Assembly: GCF_009914755.1 (NCBI RefSeq)
Contig: NC_060925.1
Origin: the human T2T-CHM13v2.0 reference genome, Homo sapiens
Reading direction: 5' to 3' (one strand)
DNA: 64,000 nt
Each line of letters starts with the position of its first letter. The stretch's first letter is position 1. The notes under the pieces are model-generated. The model had not been told where the DNA came from and searched no databases. It saw nothing but the letters and a program-made list of their open reading frames with translations. Of the stretch, positions 47,813 through 60,699 are shown piece after piece. A program made the position numbers and the translations under genes.

Positions 47813-48415
47813 CTTTTTAAATAAAATTGTACTGTGTTTATTTGAGGTGCTCAATATGATGAAATACATATAGATAGTAAAATGGTTGCTATAGTGAAGC
47901 CAATTAACGCATCTATCATCTCACATACTTACCTCTTTGCAACAGGAGCAGCTAAAATCCATGTATTTAACAACAATCCCTAATACAATACAATTTTATT
48001 AACTTTGGTCCTCATATTGTATATTGGATTTCTAGACTTGTTCATTCTATATATCTGCTATTTTGTGTCTTTTGACCTACCTTGCCTCATTTCCTCTACC
48101 CCCACCCCACCCATGGTAACCACTGTTTCATTCTCTGTGTATCCGAGCATTTAAAAATATATATTCTACATATAAGTGAGATCATGCAACTTGTTCTTCC
48201 TGGGTCTGACATATTTCATTTAGCATAATGTACTCCAGGCCCATCCATGTTGTAGCACACGGCATTATCTCCCCCGTTGTAAGGCTGAATAATATTCCAT
48301 TGCATATATGTATACACACCACATTTTCTTTATCCATTCTTCTGCTGAACTACTACAGGACCCAGCAATCCCTCTTCTGGAAAAAAGATAAAATCACCAC
48401 CTTGTAAAGACATCT
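47813..48415 (-). mobile_element. L1MA 3' end with 5' inversion
   Basis: Minus-strand L1MA 3' UTR to ~48347, then a plus-oriented upstream L1 segment (gacccagcaatccctcttctgg). Confidence 0.75.
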
Positions 48416-48646
48416 GCCAGCTTGGCGGTGGCTCACACCTGTAATCCCAGCACTTTGGGAGGCCAAGGCAGGAGGATTACTTGAGGTCAGGAGCTCAAGA
48501 CCAGCCTCCACAACAGAGTGAGACCCCATCTGTACAAAAAATGTAAAAATTAGCCAGACATGGTGACATACGCCTGTAGTACTGGCTACTCAGAAGACTG
48601 AGGCGGGAGGATCCCTGGAGCCCAGTTCAAGGCTGCAGTGAGCTAT
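48416..48646 (+). mobile_element. AluJ (3'-truncated)
   Basis: Alu body without tail. Confidence 0.88.
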
Positions 48647-51480
48647 AATTTTGTCACTTCTTTTTATATATATTTTTTTATTTCTGAAGCTTCACTTTAA
48701 CAAATCTTACCTGTTTAATACTGTAATTATACTTCTTTTAAAAGAAAGGAATTTAACAAAAATTATTAAGCCCATAATACCCTACACAATTTCCATTCCT
48801 TTTCTTTAAAAGCCATCTCAGTACCTTTATCAGTTTAACAATCCAACAAATATTTACTGAGCACATACTATGAGTCAGACACTGTTTTAGGCTCTGAGTA
48901 AACAAAATTAAATGCAACAATCCCCTGCCAAGGCAAGTTACACTGTAGCAGAGAGATTCTTTATCTTCTTCATCAGATGCAACTATTTATACCAAAAGCA
49001 ATATATTCTTTACTCTTAATTATTCACACAAGATTTTGAATATGAAGTAAAACTCCAGTTAACTTTAGAAAAAGATAACCACCTGACAACCAATTGTCTC
49101 TCCCTCTATTATCTCACAACTACCCGCAAGATCTCCCCACTCCTCTACTGTTCCCTAAGCAATGAGCTGAATTAGGTGCCTTCTTCGTACTTCAGTGCTA
49201 TATGCACTATACAACCTCTACCACAGCCTTTACTACTCTTACAATTATTGACTTGAAATTGACGCTTCCCCTTCAAGAATGCCATCTCAATTGCATTTCA
49301 TCTGTGCATGACACATAACTGGCACTCAGAAACATTCACTGAAGGAATGAGAGGGCTGAATACTTTCTATGGTGTTTAAGCTCTTCTTCTGATGTCTGTT
49401 AAGAATATCACAACAATTCTGGTCAAGCCTAGAATCAGTCAGGGGTTTTCTAAAACGAGTGGCTTTTTAAAGTTGCTGCAGAAGATTTCACTGCTATTGT
49501 TCTAAAGGTAGCACAGCATAATTGTTAAGAGCTCAGGCTCTAGTACCATAGAGACAAGTTCAAATCCTAGTCTTACTCTTAAGTCTGTGTGCTTTGGGCA
49601 AGTTGTTGAACTTGCCTCAATTTCCTTATGCTTTGAAAAGAATAACAGTCAGTAAATTTTATAGCTGAAGTGAAGACAAATGGAAGATGTAGGCTCTTGG
49701 CACATTTTCTCACATATTATAAATACCAAATAAATAGTTTCTATTACTATTTATGTAGAACATCTAACTGGAAGCCTAATCAGAGAAAATAAATTGAAAA
49801 ATAAGGTCCTGTAACCATGACATTATAGCTTTAGCTCATTAACTAGGAACTTTAAGCAATAAAAACAAGTCTTTATGAAATTCACTGAATTAATACTCTG
49901 ACTAAATATACTTATACACTTACTAAAGTTGTTAATCACAATTACAAGAGTATCAACACGTATGGTGGAAAAATGGTAAAATGAAACCAGGATTTGGCAG
50001 TTACAGATACATTTGACCCTTAGTCAACAGATCTTTCCATTATAAAAACTGCTTCTTTTTAATTGATTTGAGTTTACAAGGTTTTCTTTAAAATTAAAAT
50101 GTTCCCTTAAAAAATACATAATAAAAAATAAAAATAAAAATAAATGTTTCCCTGAAGGCTATCAGTTGTTCACACCTCACTGTTAATTAATCAGATACAT
50201 ACTTTAAGTAACACCGGTGTACTTAAAAGGAATTGTTAGTTGAAAAGTGGTGAGAAGAGGGGTAATCTTAGTGGAGCAGGCCTATATAATGCTCATTGTG
50301 AGAATTTTTACCAGTCACCAGGCAGCATGATGATAATGGCACCTACAAGGTGACAGCAGAGGGGATCCAGGAATTGTAAAAGGCATCAAAGCAATTCCCT
50401 CCATACTCCATGGGATTATACTAAGTGCTCTTTAAGGAAACTCAAGTTCTGTTATTCTACTCTTCTCTTATTCAGTGTCATAAGAATTAGTACCACAGTC
50501 TCCTAAATAAATACTTTTAAAAGGTCAAGTCAGGATCACCTTTTAGCAAGTTCCCCCACAAGGCCAGTGACTGACCTATCACAGAAACGTGAACCAAGAC
50601 ATTACTTTCTATAGATAAAATTAAATTACTACTTGAGATAAATCAAGAGTTTGAAAGTGGGAAAAGTTTTTCAATGTTAAACATTAAGCTTATTTCCAAG
50701 GAAGAAGTATTATTTTGGAAATGATTAAAAATCCAAGAGCTCAAATGTGATATTCTCATTGTTATCTGAAGTACCATGGCCATCTGCGTAAAGCACTCTA
50801 AACATGTCTATTGCTAGTATTATATGAACACTTTAAAATGTATACTGTACACAGTAAATTATTATCCCCTAACTTGCAAATAAAACATGAAAATTTAGAG
50901 AAAAAGAATATATTATCTGAGCCTAAGAAAAATCTGAAAATGAGAGAATATTATCAAAAGCACATCAGGAACATATCACCTTGAAAGTCAAGAAAACAAA
51001 GTTATAAGAAAAAACCTGAACAAACTTGCACTGTGGCAACACAGCAGTGACAAAACAACAGTCTTAAAGCATACCACTGTGAAATCTGCAGCAGAGGCCA
51101 AGCAGCCTCTGACATTTTACAGTGGAAATCATGAACATCAAAAACCAAGAGGTCACTTTAGATTAAAGCGGCAAAAATAAAGAACATGTAAACAAATGAA
51201 AGCACCTAATGAGAAAGTGATAACCAAACTATTAAAATGTAAAATTTGCAACACACCTATGAAAGTAATAATCAACAAATACTGAACAGTGAAATTTGAT
51301 TTGCTTTTTACACTTGCAGGCAGCTATGTGAAGGAGGATGTAATGCACCAAGCCACATATAAAAGTACATATATTCTCAACTATTTTCTATATAAATCAA
51401 GAAGGGCATAACCCAAGGACATGGTTCTGAAGAATCACATTACATTTTGTTCCTGGCTAGCAGTGCAAAAGAAAAAACAG

Positions 51481-51680
<200 letters not shown>

Positions 51681-52171
51681 TAGTGCATCTGAATTGAGAG
51701 ACTCAGAGTTCTTAAATGAACACAAAGTTACAGCAAAAACAACTATCATGGTAAACACATTTTACTCAGACTTTTTCCATGTTGGACAATAATGCAATAC
51801 CTCCTAAACTACTTTATTATCTGTATGATTCCTCAAGGTTCTATTTTCCAAATGTTAGAGTTTTGTTGGGTTTTAGTATGTATGAATGGTTATAGATGAG
51901 TTTTAAGGTAAATTCACAAACATATATAGCAACTGTTCTTATAAATATTTTGCTATGAAGAGAGGAAAGGAGACATAAGCACTGAATGAAAAGAGTTTGA
52001 GGATGGGGTATTCCAAAACAGCCCATTCCAAGACATATATGGACTTCTATTTCTAATGCCCCTGTACTGTCATACCAGCACACATTTAAAATCATTTCTA
52101 CAAGCAGCTCTCTGTGGATTAATGTAATCAACATTCATTTATTCAATGGCCAAGCATTAAGCTAGATCCAA

Positions 52172-52480
52172 TTTATTTTTATTTTTTATTTTTTAGAGAT
52201 AGAGTCTCCCTCTGTCACCTAGACTGGAATGCAGTGACACAATCTCAGCTCACTGCAATCTCTCTCCGCCTCCTGGGTTCAAGTGATTCTCCTGCCTCAG
52301 CCTCTCAAGTAGTTGGGACTACAGGCTCTTGACACCACACCCCGCTAAATTTTGTATTTTTAGTAGAGACAGGGATTCACTATGTTGGCCAGGCTGGTCT
52401 CAAACTCCTGACCTCAAATGATCTACCTGCCTCTGCCTCCCAAAGTGCTGGAATTACAGGTGTGAGCCACTGCACCCAGC
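52172..52480 (-). mobile_element. AluS
   Basis: Dimeric Alu. Confidence 0.92.
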
Positions 52481-53314
52481 CCCAGTTTCTTTTATTCATT
52501 CTGTAAATATTCATTAAACATGTCAGATGTGTTAAGTTTTTTCTTAAGAATACAAATTAATAAGTTCTGGTTCATGAAGAACTTACCTCAAGCAGGGCAA
52601 ACATACATTTAGACACATCAGTATTTCTCTAAATGACCATATTAAACATATCTATAATAGTACAATAAGTGCTAAAATACCAAGCAGAAGCAAAATGTTG
52701 TAGAGTCTAGTGTAGATAGTATCACTATAGACAAAAAGTTATCAAATGCAAAAAGTAAGTTTAGAGATACCTTTCTTGTGCAGGGCATGGAGGACACTAA
52801 GAATTCTTTGGCTTAAGGCTCTAATTTAACAAAAAAGTGAAAGGCAGTTAAACTGTTAACATAAGTTGCAGATAAGAAAAATTGATAATTTGAGACTGGG
52901 TTGGATAGGCAGATCAAAGTAGAAAGCTGGTAGCAAAGAAGAATTTGTTCCTAAGAGAAACTGTTCTAGGTAAAAAGAAAGGAATAAAGAAAACAAGACG
53001 TGCTAAAGATGTTTTAAAACTACTATTAAATAGCCAGAACTATTAGATCAAAGATTCACTAAATATGAAGATGCAAATCCTAAAAATGAAAAGTGACAGG
53101 GAGGGAAATGGGATGAGTTAGGCTCTGCAACCACAAAGAAAAAACTCAGTAATTGTTTTAGGTGGAATTATATTGGATTCATTAATTTTAGGGAACACAC
53201 TGTATTCCCATTTGGAAAAAATGATTTGTACCACATACAGTTTATACTCAAATATTTCCTCGCATGATAAAACCACCTATACACGTGAAGTCACTATGCA
53301 ATGGGAGGCAACAC

Positions 53315-53505
53315 AGCAGTAGTTAAAATACAGACTCTGGACAGACTACCCTGCGCAAGTTTCATCATTTCTCTGTTCTTCAGTTTCTTCATGTGCCAAA
53401 TGGAAACAAGCATTTCCTATATCATAAGATTTTTGTGAGGCTTAAATAGTACATGAAAAATATCCAGAATTTTGCCCAGCACAGAATAAGTACAACATAT
53501 TAGCT
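53315..53505. mobile_element. MIR
   Basis: cttcagtttcttcatgtgccaaatgg core motif. Confidence 0.7.
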
Positions 53506-53688
53506 GCTGCAGCTGCTGCTGCTGCTCCTCCACCTCCTTTTCCTCCTCCTCCTCTTCGTCGTCCTCCTCCTCGTCCTCCTCCTTCTCCTCCTCCTCTTCC
53601 TCCTGCTCCTCCTCCTCCTTCTCTTCCTCCTCCTCCTCCCTTTCCTCCTCCTCCTCCTCCTCCTACTACTACTGCTACTATTACTACT
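53503..53688 (+). repeat. Compound trinucleotide repeat (GCT)n-(CCT)n-(ACT)n
   Basis: Direct reading. Confidence 0.95.
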
Positions 53689-54952
53689 TGGAATAAACTA
53701 TCAACAAAATTAAAAAAGAGAAAGCTAGAGTACCAAGGCCACTTCCCAGAAGAGAAATGCTTAGAGGCATACCCAATCTTTTATTGACGAAAAGTTACTT
53801 TTCATTTCCCTGAAGTCTTAAGTCACTTTGGGGAAGGTGGGGACAGTATGGTAACAATGACTTCTGTTAACAGAATTGAGGAGAGGCCATCACTGCTGGC
53901 TGTACTTCCCTGCCTGCTAAAAGGAAGACAGACAACAAAAAGAATAAGAACACTAGCAATTATCTTGGAGATCTACCAGGAAGAGCATTAAGATCTAAAT
54001 TTTGGCACTTCACTTTTGGACAGCTGGAGCAGAAGTTACTGGGAGGTTGTTCTGCCAGGGAAACCTCCATTAAAAAAAAAAATGCCACAACTAATCTGTC
54101 AGACACCACCAGAACAAATTCTACTAACACATAGGGGACACTATAGGGAAATACTACCAACCCCTCTTATGGCATTTTTTTAGATTTGTAGAGCACTCCA
54201 TATGAAACTAACAAGCTATTTTCCAGAATGTTCTGAAATGTGTTGTTCTCAAAAAAAAAAAAATCAATATAATGCCTCTGAAACAAGTCCAAATAGCAGT
54301 AGACCAGATAAAGATCACAATCTTACCAGAGGAGCTTTATCAAGTTATATTTTAAAAGCTAATGTCATTTCACACTGTTAACTAAAATTTAATTAACAAC
54401 CTGTCTCTGAAGATACTTATCTAAGCTATTCAGGATAAATGAAAACATTTAGACTTACCTATGAAAAATGAACAAGAGAAGCATGCCAAATACCTTAACA
54501 TAATGTCACCAATCTTAGTATAAACCAAATTTACTCTAAATACATTTTCTATTTGATCAGTCAACAAAAAATTATATATTCTGAGAGTTCTTTAACAAAA
54601 GCATTTTAATTGATTTCTCAACATCTATTCATTGCCAATTTAAATAAATCAATCACAATAGTCTTGCCACCAACCCCTTTACCTCTACCCCACCAATGAT
54701 AATTTCAGGAGTGGTCAGGTGCATGCCAACTTAGGCTACCAGGATCTAAGGAAAGGCTTTCTAGGGGATTTGAAAAAAGAAACTTTCTGGCTCTAAATAG
54801 AGACATGTAAAGCCAGTGTCTGTCACCCCCAGAGTCACAAACAAAAAAGCAGAGTTCCAACTTCCACTGACAGTCTTATAACCGCAAGAAATCTAAGCCC
54901 TCCAATGACACCATTACTGTGAGTGGCAGAAATGAGAAGCAGAAAGCACCTG

Positions 54953-55016
54953 GATGTTTGACGACTTCTTGTATGAACTATATCGATGTTTGACGACTTC
55001 TTGTATGAACTATATC
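54953..55016 (+). repeat. Perfect 2x32-bp tandem duplication
   Basis: gatgtttgacgacttcttgtatgaactatatc x2. Confidence 0.97.
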
Positions 55017-55977
55017 AAGTTTCTCTAGTTTCTCTATCATTTAAACCAATCTTATGTTTGTACTCCAAAGCATCCTAATTTATACATTTTGTTTTCCAAT
55101 CTATTACTATTTAAGAATTTCACCCATGATCATTTAATGTTAGCAAAAAAAAAATTATCGTACCTTAAACAAGCTGATAATGCACATATCAGAGCCTCAT
55201 TAAAACAAATAGGTACTAACAGTTAAATATGAGGATTCCAATAACTTTTAAAATATTTTTCATATATTTTTCTATTTAAGATTTAGCTGTAAAGTAGAAC
55301 ATTGATAAAATATTACAGAAACATAAATCTCTCAATTTGGCAAAAAAATTTACTTTTATAGCCCTCTTATAGTTATTGATTTTATTATTTATAGCTACTA
55401 ATTTATCATTTGTTATTTATTATAGTTACTGATTATAGTTATTACTTGTTAGATCCTAAAATATTAGCCATATTCATACTATTTAAGTCATAATAAAAGA
55501 AGAAAGGTTACTGCTGCTTACATGGCTGAGTTTAGTTTTTTAAAATATCTTTAGAATTTTCTGCCATTTAGCCATATAGAATGGATTATTTGCAACCTAC
55601 AAAGAAGCCAACATTATTTACTTTAACCATTTATCATATTTACAACTTTACCAGGCTAGATATAAACTGTTAAAATACAAATGAAGATGTTTCTAAAAAG
55701 TAGTGATTTAAATAACAACAGCAAAAAGACAAGGTGTAATATTAAAGCAGGGCAGAAGTAGAAGATACAAACTGGAATAACTAGCTCATGAAAAGTGGAA
55801 AAGAGCAAAAAGAGGAAGAAGGGAGTAAACCACTCAAAAGCCTTTATAAGAAGACCACAATCTCTCTGACACATGCATAGATTGGGTGTTATATAAGGCA
55901 AATTGATCTTTTAACAAGATCACTTTAATACACATTTAAAATTAGAGAATCCATATTTTCCAAGTGAAATTAGCCTG

Positions 55978-56646
<669 letters not shown>

Positions 56647-57904
56647 TAATGTTGTGGTAGATATTTTTTAGATTAACTTATATCATAAACCACTATAGAA
56701 TAGAATTAAATTGGAGCTGAAAACATAATGTATCCATTTGAGTATCCATTCTACCTAATATATCCATTCTTCAAAGAGGACCCGGTTGGGGCTCAAAATA
56801 ATGCAAATGGACAAACTTTACTACATACAGGACAATAAAAGATAACTTCATCAACTAGAAAAGGCTCCCTACAACCTAGGATCACTCCTTGCCAATAGAC
56901 AAACCTGACCACAGCTGCAGTTCAGATAGACCAGGAGTACAGTAGTAGGGCCGGTGGAGCCAACAATATGTGACTTCATACTAAAATTAGCCATGCCCAT
57001 TTCACCACAACTGGGTTGGGCTTCTCTATTTTAAGGTGTGCAGCTCCAAATTACTTAAGAGTAGGTAATTGCTGGATAGTTTCTGAAGCTAAAATTGTCA
57101 GCAGACTTTCCTCCAAGGCTTTAGGATGGCCAATCAGTCTCCACGAAACCCCTATGCTTAATCATCATGCTATCCAGGGTCTAAGCACACAGCAAGTAAC
57201 GACATATACTTTAAGTATCTAGAAAGACATACCATGCAAGAACACATTAAAAGAAAATAGGCAAGAAAAGAATTCCTTATTCTTGTCTGCTAACCCTGCC
57301 GCCTACCACACATATGCACAATACACAATATGACAAAAGTGGAGGGAAATGATGAAAATCATGACATTAAAGTATTATGCTCTCATCTTTTCAGGAAATT
57401 GTACGGAACTGACAGCTGAAACCCTTCCAAGTAATTTCACACTATCGTTTACCTCCCTGCAAAAGTGCTGTGCTATTGGAGTAAATCCAACAGAAGGGGC
57501 TACTCAGTCTGCATTCTGCGTTCTGGAAACATCAGAAGGGAAGTGGTGTAGTTTCCATTGGTACTAGCAGGAGAATGTGCACTAATGTTTAAAAAAAGAC
57601 ACTAAATTTCCAAACATAAATGAAAGAAAATGAAAAGATTCGCCCTTTCACCAAAACTAATGATAACTTTACCAACGAATGGTGAAGCTGAGTTGTAAGT
57701 TATATGGGCTTAACAACACACCTGAAATTCAAGCTGCACTGATAACATTCATGATTTTTACAATCCCAGGGCAAAGACTTAACACCTATTTTATTACCAG
57801 CAACTTGAGACACTCAATGCAGAATACACATTTAGTAGTATTATTTTCCTATTACTACCATGTTCCAGCAGTCCACAATATTAACACTTGCTTTGACAGA
57901 TTCA

Positions 57905-58221
<317 letters not shown>

Positions 58222-58259
58222 GAGACCTTGTCAAATAACAGAACACAGAAGACACATAC

Positions 58260-58324
58260 CTTCATTTTCAGAGGCATGACATTTCACTTTCAACACCAAG
58301 TCAAAGGTTCTGTCTGGATTTGCC
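58260..58324 (-). CDS. DENND1B: DENND1B coding exon 2 (65 nt; ANPDRTFDLVLKVKCHASENE)
   Basis: Acceptor CTTTTTCCTTTTAG|G and donor GAAG|GTATGT; phases fit exon 1 (phase 2) and exon 3 (phase 1). Confidence 0.96.
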
Positions 58325-60530
58325 CTAAAAGGAAAAAGTTTAAATTAATTTCCTATGACAAATAAACATCTCCATGAAACTTGTATTTTCTTAATTCTAA
58401 AACTAATCTTGTTTTTGTCTCAATACATTTCATGTGACTGTATTACTACAGTATAGTAGAAATAACAATGAAACTGTTTTCTCAATTGAGCAACTTAAAA
58501 GAGCTGAGACTTAGGAATTCTGAAACTTGGGGCAAAGCATTTAAACGCTGAGACTGTTCTCCCTTACCTATGAGGTGCCTTGTCCACTTCACAGAATAAT
58601 AGTGAGGATTATAAATCAAATAACATATGTGCAAGTACTTCATTAAGTACTAAGTGCTACAAAAATGCAAAGTATTGGTTTTATCTTATTGGATCAAATT
58701 TAAAAGCCAGAGTGTCCCTAAGTGTCATTATACCCTGCCAACAGAGTTTGACACAGGTTCTCAGGCTGTCTCCAAAGGACTTGCAATATAAGTGTAAATG
58801 ATGAATACATGGTTCCACCTGCCAAGTTCTAGATCACCATAAAACATTGATAATGCTCCATGAATGTGATACGTTGCATATACTTTTCTTAAAATGTATT
58901 TACTGTACTTATGCATATTTAAAGTAGCAAACTATTCATAGCTCTAAGGCTAGCAACATAAAAAGCCTTCTTTTTATCCATTATCTTTGGAGAAACCAGC
59001 CATCTGCTTCCATGTTAGATTTTCCCACTAGAAACTGTAAGTTTACTTTGCTTAATTCAGAAGTTATTGACTTTTTTACTAACTTGCCATATTTGCAAAA
59101 TTTCAAAGCAACATTGGTTAAATTTCAAAAAGTGAACTGAAATATACTGAGACACTTTTTCTTCATAACATTGCTGTTTAAATCTCTCGTTCCATCATAA
59201 GGTAAAAGATTAAGTCTGTTACCACAACGGCCAATGTGTTAATATCTCAGTTATTCCTGCTAACAAGACCTTAGTGCCTTTGTACATTGGCTGTATTTAA
59301 TATGTACTTCCTTCAAGAAACGAATGCCAGCTCTGACTTTAAAAAAAAGCATTTCTTTTTTTGGAAGCTTTTCTTATAAGATATGAATCTGGAAACATAG
59401 GAAGTGACAAGACATATAAATTAACATGCAAATATACATTTTTTTAGCCTTTCCGCTATTAACTTGTTTCAATGGGAATAATCTGGGCTCAGATGACTTC
59501 CTCCCTCTTAAAACAATTAATGTCAAGAAGCATACTATTTTTACTCACTTACCCTGCCCACCATGATGTCAAACACACTGAAGAAAATAATTCTATTACA
59601 TAATTTCCCTCTTTCCCTAATATTCTTTAGAATTTCTCTTAGGTGTAAAAGTTAAATATTGACTCAGTTTTACTTCTGTGAAATTCAAACGGCCTTTCAC
59701 AATAATACAAATATACATGGCATTATTTTAAACTTTTTGAGAAGGAGATAGTAAAGGGTGGGTAAGCGAAGTAAAAAGGAATTCTTTCCAAAGTTAAGTT
59801 TCAGAAGAAAAATATAAAACTCATGCCTCTAAGATACCTAGAAACAAAATCACCACCGTTATTAAAATTGCTTTTTACCTAATCTCCTGAGCAAAGTAGT
59901 CGTTGATAAATACTTTAGCACACACATAAAAGTACCCTCTAATTGGATACCGTTTTGCAAGAACCATGCATCTACAGTTGCTGCATAAAGAAACACCAGA
60001 GACCAATCTAATTTTATAAGCAGAATCATAAGAAAACATCCAAGACAAAAGTAACAAACGGACTTAAGAAAACACCGGTTATATTTAATGCTCAGAGAGC
60101 ACTCGGAATAATAACCTCTTAACCTCAACGCTGACTCCCTCCCGGACACCACACGCACACAGGCAGCCCCAGGAGAGTCACATCTGACACACTCGGGGGA
60201 AGCACGAGAACCCCTCAGCGGCGGTGTCAGGGGCCGCCCGGCCTCCCCTGTCCCCCGAAAGGCGGGCGTCGACAAGGCGCTAGTGGCCTCTCCGGGAGGA
60301 GCCGCGCCAACCACGGAGGGCCGGGGACGCAGGGCGGGCAGGCTTTGCGGCCTAGCGCCCTCCCGCCGGCCGGCCAGAGGCTTGGGGGCCGGACCGCACC
60401 CCCAGCCCGCCCGGCCAACCTCGGCCGCCCGGGGAGCCGGTTGAGCGCGGAGGCGCGGAGGAGCCGAGCTGGCCTGGGAGGGGCCGCCGAGGGACGCCCG
60501 CCCCCGACGCGCCCGGGCCCCCCCACTCAC
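58325..60530 (-). other. DENND1B: DENND1B intron 1 (~2.2 kb)
   Basis: GTGAGT ... TTTTAG boundaries; G-runs just after the donor. Confidence 0.93.
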
Positions 60531-60547
60531 TTGGTCCTGCAGTCCAT
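60531..60547 (-). CDS. DENND1B: DENND1B coding exon 1 (MDCRTK, ends phase 2)
   Basis: Minus strand reads ACC-ATG-GAC-TGC-AGG-ACC-AA|GTGAGT: good Kozak context, consensus donor, inside a CpG island; matches the recalled DENND1B N-terminus. Confidence 0.96.
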
Positions 60548-60549
60548 GG

Positions 60550-60555
60550 TTACAT
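60550..60555 (-). promoter_or_regulatory. Start-stop (AUG-UAA) element 2 nt upstream of the main AUG
   Basis: Minus strand reads CCGAC-ATG-TAA-CC-ATG-GAC. Confidence 0.7.
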
Positions 60556-60672
60556 GTCGGTGTGGGGCTGTCCGTCCGGCCCCCGCGCGCTGGCCTGGAA
60601 GCCCGCAGCCCGGCCGCGCGAGGGTCGCGCCGTCCCCGCCCACGCCGGCGGCCACACAGGGAAAGAGGCTGC

Positions 60673-60699
60673 TCACAGCAGCCGTGGCGGCGGGCCCAT
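60673..60699 (-). promoter_or_regulatory. Upstream ORF MGPPPRLL* in the DENND1B leader
   Basis: GCCGAC-ATG-G strong context and TGA at 60673-60675; inclusion in the mRNA depends on the TSS position. Confidence 0.6.

Noticed and set aside
54953-55016. 32-bp repeats as a CRISPR array
   Set aside because: Two abutting copies, no spacers, eukaryotic context
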